A DNA stretch of 64,000 nucleotides from a virus: the IMG/VR virus record IMGVR_UViG_3300030202_003733, positions 119,024 to 183,023 of that record. One strand, given 5' to 3'. The notes beneath the pieces were generated by a model, which ran no database searches, was not told the origin of the DNA, and saw only the letters and a program-made list of their open reading frames with translations. The position numbers and the translations under genes are program-made. Below, in pieces: positions 20,571-30,615 of this stretch (positions within the stretch are counted from its first letter, which is position 1; the number at the start of each line of letters is the position of its first letter).

Positions 20571-21542
20571 TTACCATCTAAAACGAATTTTGCAATCATT
20601 AACAATTTTATCAATTTCTTGATCAAATATTTTTTTAGGCTTCCAGCCTAAATCTCTAAGTTTTTTATCATCTATTGAATACCTGACGTCTTGCCCTTTC
20701 CTGATGTAAGAGAAATCCAGAAGATCTAAGTATTCGCTATATTCTTCCTCGTGGTTGCCGTTGAAAAATGAATTTATTATTTTTCTTGTTGTGTCTATAT
20801 TTTTTTGTTCAAAGCCGCCCGCTACATTAAATATTTCGTTTACGACACCAGATTCAATTATTTTAATTACAGCTTGTGCTGTGTCTTCCACATGAAGCCA
20901 ATTCCTATAAGGTTCGCCATGATCGTGTAACCTAATTTTTCTCCCCCTTTGAAGCTGTTTAACAACAAGAGGAATAAGTTTTTCTGGGTATTGGCCCACG
21001 CCGTAGTTATTTGTCGGTCGCAGGATTACATAGTCTAAGCCATAAGTTCTTGCCCAGGCATTTATCAACATGTCAGCAGAAGCTTTAGAGGCCGAGTAGG
21101 GGTTGCTAGGTAGCAGAGAAGCGCTTTCATCATGCGAGCCTTCCTCAATGTCCCCATAAACCTCATCGGTACTAAAATGAAATAAGACCGGTTTCTTGGT
21201 AACATTTTTTGGTTTATGTTTTAAAATATCCAGTAGGTTTTTTACGCCGACGATATTACTCTTAATAAAGTCACTACTGTCTATAATACTGTTACCAACA
21301 TGTGTCTCCGCAGCAACGTTAATTATATAATCGCAATCAGGTATGTGTTTTATATCGGCTATATCTGCGTTTAGAAAAGTAAAATTGTAAGTATTGGGCA
21401 TACGCTCCAGGAACGACATATAATTGCAAGCAGCGTATGTCTTACTGTCTATACCATAAACCTTCCACCCTTTTTTTAAACAAGCCTTGGTGACCTCAGA
21501 GCCGATAAAACCAAGACAACCAGTTACAACTACAAGCTTCAT
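20571..21542 (-). CDS. rfbB: dTDP-glucose 4,6-dehydratase
   Basis: VTGCLGFIGS, AAETHVGNS, STDEVYGD, NPYSASKAS, NNYGVGQYPEKLIP and GEPYRNWLHVED. Confidence 0.9.
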   Translation of the reverse strand: MKLVVVTGCLGFIGSEVTKACLKKGWKVYGIDSKTYAACNYMSFLERMPNTYNFTFLNADIADIKHIPDCDYIINVAAETHVGNSIIDSSDFIKSNIVGVKNLLDILKHKPKNVTKKPVLFHFSTDEVYGDIEEGSHDESASLLPSNPYSASKASADMLINAWARTYGLDYVILRPTNNYGVGQYPEKLIPLVVKQLQRGRKIRLHDHGEPYRNWLHVEDTAQAVIKIIESGVVNEIFNVAGGFEQKNIDTTRKIINSFFNGNHEEEYSEYLDLLDFSYIRKGQDVRYSIDDKKLRDLGWKPKKIFDQEIDKIVNDCKIRFRW

Positions 21543-22894
21543 TTTTTAAACTCCTCAAAAAAATTATCTACTGTTGTTTTGATGTAATTGATCTTTTCAT
21601 CCGTAAGCCCCAAATATGTACCAAGAAACACTGAGCCCTTTGTGGCTAGGTCTGCATTGGGGAATTTAGATTTTAGATCACTGTAATTAGAGGCAAAAGA
21701 TTTATAAGCCGGATGATAGAGAGCATTACCTGTAAAATAGGCTCTTGTTTGGATCTTATTTGCCTCCATATAGTTAACAAATTCTTGCCTACTAAATGGG
21801 GCCGTAGGCTTTACAATTAATAAAAACCCAAACCAACAGGGGTCTGATTTTTCGGTTGCCTCTGGCAGCAAGAAATAATCATTATATTTTTTGAATATGT
21901 TATATATCTTTTCAAAATTATCTCTGCGAGCTTGTTCCATCCTGGGAAGTTTTTTAAGTTGGGTCAGGCCTAGCGCTGCTTGCATATCTATGGGCTTGAG
22001 ATTGTATCCAACTTCATCAAACACATACCTATGGTCATAAGTTATCTCTTGACATCCCGGTAGCCAGTTCTTGAATCTGTCGCCACATGCAGTGCCTCCA
22101 GTTACGTCCCCTGGCTTTTTAACATTACAATAACAAGCGCGACCCCAATCTCTAAAACTAGCTAGGGACATTTTTAGTCTAGCCTTATCAGTTGCCACAA
22201 AACCACCTTCACCCATTGTCATATGGTGGGCAGGATAAAAAGAGCACGTTGACATGACTCCGAAGGAGCCTAGTTTTTTACCATCGTAAAACGAACCCAA
22301 CGCATCACATGCATCTTCAAGAAATATCAGATCATATTTGTCTACAATAGCCATTAATCGATCCATATCCGGCGGATTACCCAAAACATGAGCGAACATG
22401 ATCGCCTTAATTTCTTTATTTTTATCGTTAGATAAGACTTCCTCAACCGCGTTTAGATCGATATTTAAGCTAGGCATTTCGACATCCACAAATACCGGTA
22501 CCAAGTTGTTTTGTATTATTGGGTTGATAGTTGTAGGGAAACACACAACGGGTGTAATAACCTTGTCGCCATCTTTTAGGCGGTATTTCTCCGGAGTTTT
22601 GTTTTCCGATTTTAAACATGAGACCATTAATAAGTTAGCAGAACTGCCAGAGTTAGTTAAAATTCCCTGCCTCTTACCAAGGTATCTCGGAAATAAAAAT
22701 TCAAATTCAGCCGCATTCTTACCAAACACAAGCCATTCACTTAGTAAGGACTCTATAGCTCTTTGATATTCTTCGGCATCATAGCTTGGACCAGAGTATT
22801 TGACCCAGTCACCAGGAGACCATGTATCCCCAAGCCTTTTGTCATCGATATACTCGCCGACCAAGTCTAATATCTGTTTTAATTTACCTTCCAT
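21539..22894 (-). CDS. rfbH: CDP-4-keto-6-deoxyglucose 3-dehydratase (E1, RfbH/DdhC)
   Basis: NSGSSANLL, EDACDALGS, SFYPAHHMTMGEGG (His at the Schiff-base position), RDWGRACYC...C Fe-S cysteines and YDHRYVFDEVGYNLKP. Confidence 0.9.
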   Translation of the reverse strand: MEGKLKQILDLVGEYIDDKRLGDTWSPGDWVKYSGPSYDAEEYQRAIESLLSEWLVFGKNAAEFEFLFPRYLGKRQGILTNSGSSANLLMVSCLKSENKTPEKYRLKDGDKVITPVVCFPTTINPIIQNNLVPVFVDVEMPSLNIDLNAVEEVLSNDKNKEIKAIMFAHVLGNPPDMDRLMAIVDKYDLIFLEDACDALGSFYDGKKLGSFGVMSTCSFYPAHHMTMGEGGFVATDKARLKMSLASFRDWGRACYCNVKKPGDVTGGTACGDRFKNWLPGCQEITYDHRYVFDEVGYNLKPIDMQAALGLTQLKKLPRMEQARRDNFEKIYNIFKKYNDYFLLPEATEKSDPCWFGFLLIVKPTAPFSRQEFVNYMEANKIQTRAYFTGNALYHPAYKSFASNYSDLKSKFPNADLATKGSVFLGTYLGLTDEKINYIKTTVDNFFEEFKK

Positions 22895-23285
22895 CTTGGG
22901 TTCCTTTTAATACACTAGTTGTAGAATATCCGACTAATCTTTTAAAATATAACTTATTATCAACTAAATGGCCACCAATTATTTTTTTATTTTTCCAATC
23001 ATCCCCAACAACCATCACCTGGGGTTTTGCTAGCTCTATCTGGGCTTCCAGCTCATTATCTGTACCAAAGCACACAACCTCATCGATATATTTTATAGAC
23101 TGCAAAAGAAATATTCTGTCTTCCAGTTTATTCACAGGCCTGGAGTCCCCTTTACTTTTAGATACTCTATCGTCCTCGTCTACTCCAACCACTAGATAGT
23201 CCCCTTGTGATTTCGCATATTTAAATAACTCAATATGACCCCTATGAAGAACGTCGAAGCAACCGTTTACCCATACTTTTTTCAT
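22884..23285 (-). CDS. hldC: HldC/RfaE domain II-like sugar-1-phosphate nucleotidyltransferase
   Basis: Start at 23285 (ATGA overlap). VWVNGCFDVLHRGHIELFKYAKSQGDYLVVGVDED...KGDSRPVN...YSTT. Confidence 0.85.
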   Translation of the reverse strand: MKKVWVNGCFDVLHRGHIELFKYAKSQGDYLVVGVDEDDRVSKSKGDSRPVNKLEDRIFLLQSIKYIDEVVCFGTDNELEAQIELAKPQVMVVGDDWKNKKIIGGHLVDNKLYFKRLVGYSTTSVLKGTQDGR

Positions 23286-24016
23286 AGAGTACTGACTCCT
23301 CTCTTTTGGACTACCACTGTAGCGCAATTGTTGGCATGTTCAATCGCTTGTTCTATATTACCTTTCTCTAAGAACTTTACAACCAAGCCAGAGATAAACG
23401 TATCACCAGCCCCAGAAGAGTCTTTCATTTCTACACTCTTAACCGGATAAGTCGTACCTTTAAATAAACACCCACCCTCGCCAAGAGTTATAATAAGTTT
23501 TTCCATCATTTCGTCGCTAACTGTATGCCTTGTTTTATTTAATTCATAAATATTTATTTTTATATACAAAGCATTCTTGCACCAATCTCCAAGTGTTTTC
23601 TTTGTATCCAAAAAGACGCATTTGTGTGAATCACATATTTTTTTAATTACCTCTTCGGATATAAAACCCTTGTTGTAGTCTGATATAATTACTGCGTCAT
23701 AGTCGTTTATGTTTCTTAGTCCATAAGTGTCTATTTTGGTATACCCGTCGCCCTCAAAATCAACTCTAATAAACATTTGATTTCTCTTCTCGTCAACGTA
23801 TCTAACTTTTTCAATCAACTCCCATTTAGAATTTGTTATGATATCACAATCTACAGACATTGAACTAATATTATTATGCACATTCATTGCCATTCCACCA
23901 TTTTCAGTTTTGTGCGTAGGATTAAACACTGGGACTGGTGCCTCCGGACACAGCCTGTGGCACGAACCATAGTGAAAAACGTCTTTGCAACTTTCCCCTA
24001 TAACCAATACTCTCAT
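23282..24016 (-). CDS. hldA: HldA/RfaE domain I-like PfkB sugar kinase
   Basis: VLVIGESCKDVF.YG...RLCPEAPVPV, GGMAMNV, SDYNKG and DSSGAGDTF. Confidence 0.85.
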   Translation of the reverse strand: MRVLVIGESCKDVFHYGSCHRLCPEAPVPVFNPTHKTENGGMAMNVHNNISSMSVDCDIITNSKWELIEKVRYVDEKRNQMFIRVDFEGDGYTKIDTYGLRNINDYDAVIISDYNKGFISEEVIKKICDSHKCVFLDTKKTLGDWCKNALYIKINIYELNKTRHTVSDEMMEKLIITLGEGGCLFKGTTYPVKSVEMKDSSGAGDTFISGLVVKFLEKGNIEQAIEHANNCATVVVQKRGVSTL

Positions 24017-24017
24017 T

Positions 24018-25178
24018 TTAACCCCTTATCAAATCGCATATAAAATCTATTTCGTGAGCCTCCAACTCAGGATAGTTTGGAACAAAAAAACCACAAGAAT
24101 GTATTTTATTACTCATCTCGTCATCAAATCTTCCATATCTCTCCACCCAAAAAGGGTGTAATCCAAGGTTACCAGCACTAAAAATTCTTGTTTCAACGCC
24201 ATTTTCTACAAGACGAGATACAATTTCTTTTCTGTGTTCAATATTGTCAGCGATAGCGCCAAAAGATATGGAAACGGGGTTGTTGTCTCCCCAGTCCTGG
24301 AAACTCACCACGCCAGAAAGGTTTTCCGCGTATCTTTTATGGTTCCTATTCCTAAGAGCTTTAATCTCCTCTGCGCGGTCAATCTGCCTAAGTCCTAGAA
24401 AAGCCTGTAGATCCGTGGACCTCAGATTGAAACCAGGCACAAAAAATGTGAATGGCTTATGAAAATCATCAACATTGTTTTTTTCTATGAGATGATCATA
24501 AGATTCTTGATCCAAATCCTTGCCCCAACCGTGACTTCGCAGCATTAAAAGCATATCATATAATTCTTTATCGTTCGTGTTTACCATGCCACCCTCGATA
24601 GTTGACAACTGGTGACCGAAATAGAATGAAAATGATGACATATCTCCGATTGTACCAACCATAGAGCCATCAGAGTACGAAGCGCCAAGAGCAGCACACG
24701 CATCCTCTAGTAGACAAAAGCCATACTTTTCTTTTAATTCAAGCATTCTTTTTTTATAATGAGGAACTCCAAGAACTTGAACAAAAATAACAGCGTCAGG
24801 TTTTTCTTTCTTGCAAACCTCTTCCAATTGATCTAAATCAATACCGTATGTTTTAGGATCCGCGCCGACCATGATTGGAGTTAACCCTAGTTGGATAGCT
24901 GGGGATATTGTGGTCACCCAGCCAACTGATGGGACGACAATTTTCTTGTTTTCTATCCTCCCCGACATCATAGCAGTGGCCACCATAAGCAAGTTAGCAG
25001 AGGAGCCAGAATTGTTAAAAACAGCGTGTTTTGTGCCAATAAATTCAGCCCATTTGTCCTCTACATCCCAGGTGAGATTTCCCTTTGTGAGCCTGGGGTA
25101 TGTCTTTAACCAGTCACAAAGCGCGTTAATATCTTCATCATTAATTGTTTCTTTAGCTAATGGATATTTAATATTCAT
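24018..25178 (-). CDS. DegT/DnrJ-family PLP enzyme, ColD-like sugar 3-dehydratase
   Basis: NSGSSANLL, EDACAALGA and SFSFYFGHQLSTIEGG (His rather than Lys). FFVPGFNLRSTDLQA. Lacks the RfbH Fe-S cysteines. Confidence 0.8.
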   Translation of the reverse strand: MNIKYPLAKETINDEDINALCDWLKTYPRLTKGNLTWDVEDKWAEFIGTKHAVFNNSGSSANLLMVATAMMSGRIENKKIVVPSVGWVTTISPAIQLGLTPIMVGADPKTYGIDLDQLEEVCKKEKPDAVIFVQVLGVPHYKKRMLELKEKYGFCLLEDACAALGASYSDGSMVGTIGDMSSFSFYFGHQLSTIEGGMVNTNDKELYDMLLMLRSHGWGKDLDQESYDHLIEKNNVDDFHKPFTFFVPGFNLRSTDLQAFLGLRQIDRAEEIKALRNRNHKRYAENLSGVVSFQDWGDNNPVSISFGAIADNIEHRKEIVSRLVENGVETRIFSAGNLGLHPFWVERYGRFDDEMSNKIHSCGFFVPNYPELEAHEIDFICDLIRG

Positions 25179-25714
25179 AGTCTAACCTCCTTTAATTTAA
25201 TTCCATGTTTATCTCTGTCCGACAATATTGGTGATTTTATAGCCCAATCCACGCCAAGATCGGGGTCATCCCACGCAACTGTCACTTGATTTTCCGGGCC
25301 GTTATATTCCTTTGACCATTTATAGTAAAATACGCACTTATCTGATAGACATAAATGTGCATTCACACACCCGGCTGGGACTACTACGACCGTAGGCTCG
25401 TTGTCCGAAACCAGATAAGTTTGTACATTCCCATATGTCTCTGAGCCTTTTCTCGTGTCCGCGACTGCAAACTGAAACTGCCCGCTCAAACACGAGACCA
25501 ATTTTGCCGTGTAGGGATCGCCGTGGAACCCTCTAAGAACTCCGAATCTTGAGATAGTAATTTTATCGGCAACAAACTTATGGTCGCAAAATTCATCTTC
25601 TCTTTCAGAATATAATGTCCATATTTCACCCCTAAAGTCTTGAAATGTATCTAAGGTTATCTTGCATAAACCATTTATTTTGTCAGAGTGATCATATCTT
25701 TTAATAACATTCAT
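25175..25714 (-). CDS. rfbC: dTDP-4-dehydrorhamnose 3,5-epimerase family
   Basis: FQDFRGEIW, SRFGVLRGFHG, KLVSCLSG, VPAGCVNAH and WDDPDLGVDW. Confidence 0.85.
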   Translation of the reverse strand: MNVIKRYDHSDKINGLCKITLDTFQDFRGEIWTLYSEREDEFCDHKFVADKITISRFGVLRGFHGDPYTAKLVSCLSGQFQFAVADTRKGSETYGNVQTYLVSDNEPTVVVVPAGCVNAHLCLSDKCVFYYKWSKEYNGPENQVTVAWDDPDLGVDWAIKSPILSDRDKHGIKLKEVRL

Positions 25715-26688
25715 CCTAGCTCCTTACAAAATTCAACAACCTTGCCGCATATATCATCAGAGGATAATCCATTATTATCAATATGGTGGTCCCTATTGCC
25801 ATTTTCAAAAATATATCTTTCCGGGAGTCCGATTCTAAGAACATCTTTCTTTAAACCAGCATCTGACAGGGCCTCTAGGACCGAAGAGCCGAATCCGCCA
25901 GATAATGTTTGTTCTTCTACTGTGACAATAACGTCATATTCTTTCACCGTATTGTGGAACAATTTAGTATTTATAGGCTTTATTCTCCACATATCCACAA
26001 CAGATACCTCATAACCCCCAAAACTTAAAGCCTTCTGCGCCTCGCACACCCTGCCTAGCATATAACCACTAGACAGAATACATATTTTAAGTTTATCAGG
26101 GTTTCTTGGCTCGGAAAGTCCGGGTTTGGCGATCCGAATACCAGTTTTTATAGCGTGGCTCCCAGAAAGCCAAGAGGGGTAGGCTGACTCCATAACCTCG
26201 GCGTGTTTCCTCTCAAGTCTTATGTACCTAAGTTTTGGTTCTTCGCACGTTAAATTAACCAGATCTTTGACCATGGTGTTGTTGCTAGGAGAATATATCT
26301 CTATACCGCACAAGGATTTCATATATGCCATGTCCTCGTTGGGACAATGTGCAGGGCCTGCTGGCGAGTATCCGAGGGCGACACCATTTCCCAAGATTGT
26401 AATAGGATTATCAGCCATAGCACAAGAATATCTAATTTGCTCAAAGCATCTGGCTACCCAGCAGGCCATGAAATATACATAGGCCTTTTTACCATTAGCT
26501 GCCAGACCGGCTGCAAAGTTTATGGCGTTCTGTTCCGAAATGCCAGCGGCGAAAAATTGCTCCGGTAAATCGCTTCTCCAGCGGTCCAAGGATGGAGCAC
26601 CCATATCAACTGATATTAGACAAATATCTTTATCCAATTTCGCTCGTTCAAAAAGGTTAGAAATAAATGTATCTCTTTGTGACATCAT
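25711..26688 (-). CDS. Transketolase-like protein, C-terminal (pyrimidine-binding) subunit
   Basis: FFAAGISEQNAINFAAGLA, RCFEQIR, AGPAH, YIRLERK and VTVEEQTLSGGFGSSV. Confidence 0.9.
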   Translation of the reverse strand: MMSQRDTFISNLFERAKLDKDICLISVDMGAPSLDRWRSDLPEQFFAAGISEQNAINFAAGLAANGKKAYVYFMACWVARCFEQIRYSCAMADNPITILGNGVALGYSPAGPAHCPNEDMAYMKSLCGIEIYSPSNNTMVKDLVNLTCEEPKLRYIRLERKHAEVMESAYPSWLSGSHAIKTGIRIAKPGLSEPRNPDKLKICILSSGYMLGRVCEAQKALSFGGYEVSVVDMWRIKPINTKLFHNTVKEYDVIVTVEEQTLSGGFGSSVLEALSDAGLKKDVLRIGLPERYIFENGNRDHHIDNNGLSSDDICGKVVEFCKELG

Positions 26689-27446
26689 GATAGCTCCTCC
26701 AATCCCTTTTTAAGCAGTTCTTCCTCTTTAGGGATTATAGTGTGATATTGCCACACACCTTCCATATAGCTTACTCCCTTACCTTTAATAGTGTCTGCTA
26801 TGGTAACGGTGGGCTTGTCGCTAATTTTAAGGGTGTTGGCCAGATCATCAAAATCATGGCCGTTCACCACCCTGGTCTCAAAGCCAAAACTCTCAAACTT
26901 GTCTTTAAGGGGCTCTAGACCAAGCAATTCTTCAGTTTCTCCCAAGATTCCCATTTTATTTCTATCGATTATCAAGTGGATATTATTAATATTGTGATGA
27001 GCAATAAACATAAGACTTTCCCAAACAGATCCTTCGTATAACTCCGCGTCACCTAACAAAACATAAACGTTTTTATCGTTACCGTATGCTAAGCCCGCAG
27101 CATATCCTATTCCGTTTCCAAGTGAACCACCAACAAAACTACATCCGGGGATCGATTGGTCAGCGTGCAGCCTAAGAATGCCCTCTGGGGTGCAATATTT
27201 TTCTAGTTCTTCCGCTTCGACAAAACCCAGATCAACCAATATCGGGTATACAGCAGGCGAGCCATGCCCCTTGCTATAGATAACAACATCTTTGTTGGGG
27301 TCAAAATCAGTTTTTTTATCAAAATAAAGCGAAACTAATATATCCACACACGAAAGGCAGCTAGCTAGATGCCCTGCTCCCGACCTAGTTTTAAACTCAA
27401 AAACTCTTCTTCTCACTGATTTTGCTATTGTTTCTAGTTCGCTCAT
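26685..27446 (-). CDS. Transketolase-like protein, N-terminal (TPP-binding) subunit
   Basis: GHLASCLSCVDIL, YSKGHGSP, GGSLGNG, LGDAELYEGSVWE...DRN and DTIKGKGVSYME. Confidence 0.9.
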   Translation of the reverse strand: MSELETIAKSVRRRVFEFKTRSGAGHLASCLSCVDILVSLYFDKKTDFDPNKDVVIYSKGHGSPAVYPILVDLGFVEAEELEKYCTPEGILRLHADQSIPGCSFVGGSLGNGIGYAAGLAYGNDKNVYVLLGDAELYEGSVWESLMFIAHHNINNIHLIIDRNKMGILGETEELLGLEPLKDKFESFGFETRVVNGHDFDDLANTLKISDKPTVTIADTIKGKGVSYMEGVWQYHTIIPKEEELLKKGLEELS

Positions 27447-28990
27447 TAATCCCCCAATATTTTTCTTTTTAATTTTATTTTTGTCATTTCCAAAATATCT
27501 TCCCTTGCTTTTTTTCCGCTCTTATCTTCTATAAGTTGCAAGAATGGCTCGTATGTATGGTATTTTGTCCAAGCCTCATCTCTAAACTTTAATATTTCTG
27601 CCGGCGATAAATCCTCCGTTGGAAGAGGCAATGTTTCGTATGAGTGAAAAGAGTAACCAACGTAATCATCGGGAAGGGCCAGCCCATCATCTAGAGCATC
27701 TCTATATAGCCTACTTCCAGGCAATGCCATAGCTGCATACATATTCCAACCTCTAGTACATAATTCCATGCTTAGGTCTAGTGTTTTCTGCATCGACTCG
27801 TGAGTGTCTCCCGGTAGGCCTACTAGGTAATTGGCCATTATGTCTATGTCGGCGTCGTGTACCATATCAATTATGTAATTGATATCCACGTCCTTGAATT
27901 TGCCCTTAGAGGCCTCCAAACGAACCTTAAGGTCACCACTTTCTATACCAAGGCACAACCATTTAATGCCAGCTTCTCTTATCAACTTTAGATTCTCGGG
28001 TCTTTTCACTGTGTCTACTCTAGAGTAGGCCCACATATTTAGGAATTCCCCATAGCCCCTTTCTTTTATCATATTACACAATGGTACATAATACTTTCTA
28101 TTTAATAAAAACATTTCATCGCTGATCCTTAGAGTCTTCACACCTAAGGCAACCAATTTATCTATTTCTTTAATAATGAGTTCAGGGGACCAAAACCTCA
28201 TCCCAGAGTAATTTGATGCAACACCAATTGGTTGATTGTCGTTTCTGTTTACCACGTTAATCATACAGAAGGAGCATTTAAACATACAGCCAAGAGAGGT
28301 GTATATTGCCGCATATGGGGCTCTGTCCTCTTCAATATAATTTGCGTGCCACATAGGAGATCTGTAAAGATCCAGAGGCTGCTCTTTATATGGTAAAAGA
28401 TCCCAAGCATACCCAGGTAGGTCTATATCCATCCTGTTCTGGGGCACGGGCCTCTCGGGAGGAGTCAAGAACGGAACTCCGTTCTGCTTAAACCCTATAC
28501 CTTTAATCTTTTCTAGATTCTCATGAGCAAAATTATCACAAGACAATAAACTCCACAGAGCATAGACTCCATCATTGGTTAGAATCATATCAATGCTATC
28601 TTCTTTTTCTAAGGTTTCATAAGGAAGGGCAGACATATGTGAGCCCACAAAACATATTGGGTTTCTCACTCCGTAATTCTTTACAGCCTTGGACAACCGA
28701 ACTGCTCCACTCATGTTCACAGTTCCGGCATTTACATTTTGTCCATAAACAACAAAGCACACAAGCCTGGGGTTCAGCTTGGCTATCCTTTCGGCACTTT
28801 CTTGGTCGCTTAAATTCTCAGCAGTGGTGTCCATAATAGCCACGTTGTAACCCACAGATCTGCACGACTGTGCCAACAATAGACACCACGTTGGCGTTTC
28901 TATTGCTGAATATTTGTTTGAGAGGCCCTGATATATTTTACCACTGTTATTCGGCCTAACGAATAATACATCTAAGGTTTTGTTGTTCAA
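27446..28990 (-). CDS. Cobalamin-dependent radical SAM enzyme
   Basis: TTG start at 28990 after AGGAG. N-terminal B12-binding-type region (PTWCLLLAQ, VGSHMSALP), TSLGCMFKCSFC (CxxxCxxC), DEMF and GIESG. Confidence 0.9.
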   Translation of the reverse strand: MNNKTLDVLFVRPNNSGKIYQGLSNKYSAIETPTWCLLLAQSCRSVGYNVAIMDTTAENLSDQESAERIAKLNPRLVCFVVYGQNVNAGTVNMSGAVRLSKAVKNYGVRNPICFVGSHMSALPYETLEKEDSIDMILTNDGVYALWSLLSCDNFAHENLEKIKGIGFKQNGVPFLTPPERPVPQNRMDIDLPGYAWDLLPYKEQPLDLYRSPMWHANYIEEDRAPYAAIYTSLGCMFKCSFCMINVVNRNDNQPIGVASNYSGMRFWSPELIIKEIDKLVALGVKTLRISDEMFLLNRKYYVPLCNMIKERGYGEFLNMWAYSRVDTVKRPENLKLIREAGIKWLCLGIESGDLKVRLEASKGKFKDVDINYIIDMVHDADIDIMANYLVGLPGDTHESMQKTLDLSMELCTRGWNMYAAMALPGSRLYRDALDDGLALPDDYVGYSFHSYETLPLPTEDLSPAEILKFRDEAWTKYHTYEPFLQLIEDKSGKKAREDILEMTKIKLKRKILGD

Positions 28991-29001
28991 AATAAAACTC
29001 C

Positions 29002-29931
29002 TTAATAGTTCGCATACCAAGGCGATTCAATAATACTATACGCCTTTATAAGCTGCTCAATACCAACATCAAGATTGTATTGGCAGTCAAAACCTTTATC
29101 ATAAAATTTTTGACTGCTCACAATATAATCTCTCTTATCGAGGTCCTGGGTAAACTCTGCGAAAATAACCTCTAGAGGAACATGTTGTTTAATTTTCTCT
29201 GATAACTGTAGTTTGTTCATATTAAGAGCGTCGTTCCCAACATTATAAGTTTCGTTTTTACAGTGCTCCCAATTATCGATTACAAACTTAAAGGCCCTGC
29301 ACACGTCGTGCAGGTGAACATAATTTCTCATGTATTTGTGTTCGTATAAAACTAAGATCTTCTCCCTAAGTGCCTTCAAAACAAAATTATTAACCAATAA
29401 ATCCGTTCTCATCCTAGAGGATGGCCCATAGACCGTAGCCAGTCTAAAGGTTACATGATTTTCAACATTTTGATATTCTTCCTCAGCAGCCACTTTGGTC
29501 ACGCCGTAGAGGGATATTGGTTTGAGGGGAGATTCTTCGGTACAAAATTTGCCGCTCTCTCCTACACCATATCCTGAGTTGGTGCAGGGGTATATAACCT
29601 TTTGGTCACTGCGCTTGTTTTGGGCAATCCAGCGGTTAACCTCGTGGTTTACCTCGGTTGCTTCGCGTGGATTATCTCTACATAGCGGAAATCCGACTAG
29701 GGCAGCGAGTGGAATTATAATGTCCGCTTCTTCAACATATTTTTGTAGATGATTTATATTACGGACATCGCCTTTAACAAAAAAGAAGTTTGGGTTAGTC
29801 GTATACCGCAACAGGGAATCGGGCCCAAACATAAGCTTATCATAAACGGTGACCTTGTGGCCATCATCAAGAAAATATTGGGCGAGTTCGCTGCCGATGT
29901 ACCCAGCGCCTCCAGTTATCAGTATGTTCAT
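29002..29931 (-). CDS. NAD-dependent sugar epimerase/dehydratase
   Basis: ITGGAGYIGS, PLAALVGFPLC, YGVTK, FRLATVYGPSSRMRTDLLVN and DKRDYIVS. Confidence 0.9.
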   Translation of the reverse strand: MNILITGGAGYIGSELAQYFLDDGHKVTVYDKLMFGPDSLLRYTTNPNFFFVKGDVRNINHLQKYVEEADIIIPLAALVGFPLCRDNPREATEVNHEVNRWIAQNKRSDQKVIYPCTNSGYGVGESGKFCTEESPLKPISLYGVTKVAAEEEYQNVENHVTFRLATVYGPSSRMRTDLLVNNFVLKALREKILVLYEHKYMRNYVHLHDVCRAFKFVIDNWEHCKNETYNVGNDALNMNKLQLSEKIKQHVPLEVIFAEFTQDLDKRDYIVSSQKFYDKGFDCQYNLDVGIEQLIKAYSIIESPWYANY

Positions 29932-30218
29932 ATGGAGATCCTCCCAAGCAGTATATCTTTAAACATTAACCAATCACATAATTTTGCCTTTAAAGGGGAA
30001 GAAAAAGCCGCAGGGGTGTTCTTCTCATAAAAGTAATGACCAGCCCATGCAAATGGGTAAATTATAAATGGTACAATAGGTATAAACCACCAATACCATT
30101 TATATAGTATTGCAATCGTAAATATTATTGTAACCCATTGCCCCATAAAATGCAAGCGTCTACAATATTTATTTTGGTGCAAAGATAAATAATACCTATA
30201 ATATTCTTTAATTGTCAT
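29928..30218 (-). CDS. DUF962/Mpo1-like membrane protein
   Basis: Start at 30218. YLSLHQNKYCRRLHFMG...AWAGHYFYEKNTPAAF. Confidence 0.8.
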   Translation of the reverse strand: MTIKEYYRYYLSLHQNKYCRRLHFMGQWVTIIFTIAILYKWYWWFIPIVPFIIYPFAWAGHYFYEKNTPAAFSSPLKAKLCDWLMFKDILLGRISI

Positions 30219-30615
30219 CCCAGCTAATCTCCCAATCCTTAAACTCAGCCGCCAGACAATCAATTTTATAATCCTTGCGACCACCGACAACTTCTTGTAT
30301 TTTATTTTTTGCCGTGTTGCGTATGCCATTGAGTCCATGGGTTAATTCAAGATTGTTACCATCTTTTATACCTTTTCTATAGTTTGATTCATTGTGCCAT
30401 ATATGCAAGTTCATTTGTGATAAAACAACGACTGACCTTATGAAGTTTGCATCTATACCTTCCGAGTCAGGAAGAAGCAAATTAATGTCATGGCATATTT
30501 CTTCTATCTCTTTGGCGTATTCCTCTTTGTGGTCTGGTATAAATACCTCTTTGAGTTGCGCGATGGTGAGTCTATCGATAAGTTCAGACAAGGTTGGTAA
30601 ATATTTCCTAAGCAT
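30208..30615 (-). CDS. Hypothetical helical protein
   Basis: 135 aa in operon. LPTLSELIDRLTIAQLKE...RNTAKNKI. Confidence 0.75.
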   Translation of the reverse strand: MLRKYLPTLSELIDRLTIAQLKEVFIPDHKEEYAKEIEEICHDINLLLPDSEGIDANFIRSVVVLSQMNLHIWHNESNYRKGIKDGNNLELTHGLNGIRNTAKNKIQEVVGGRKDYKIDCLAAEFKDWEISWDDN

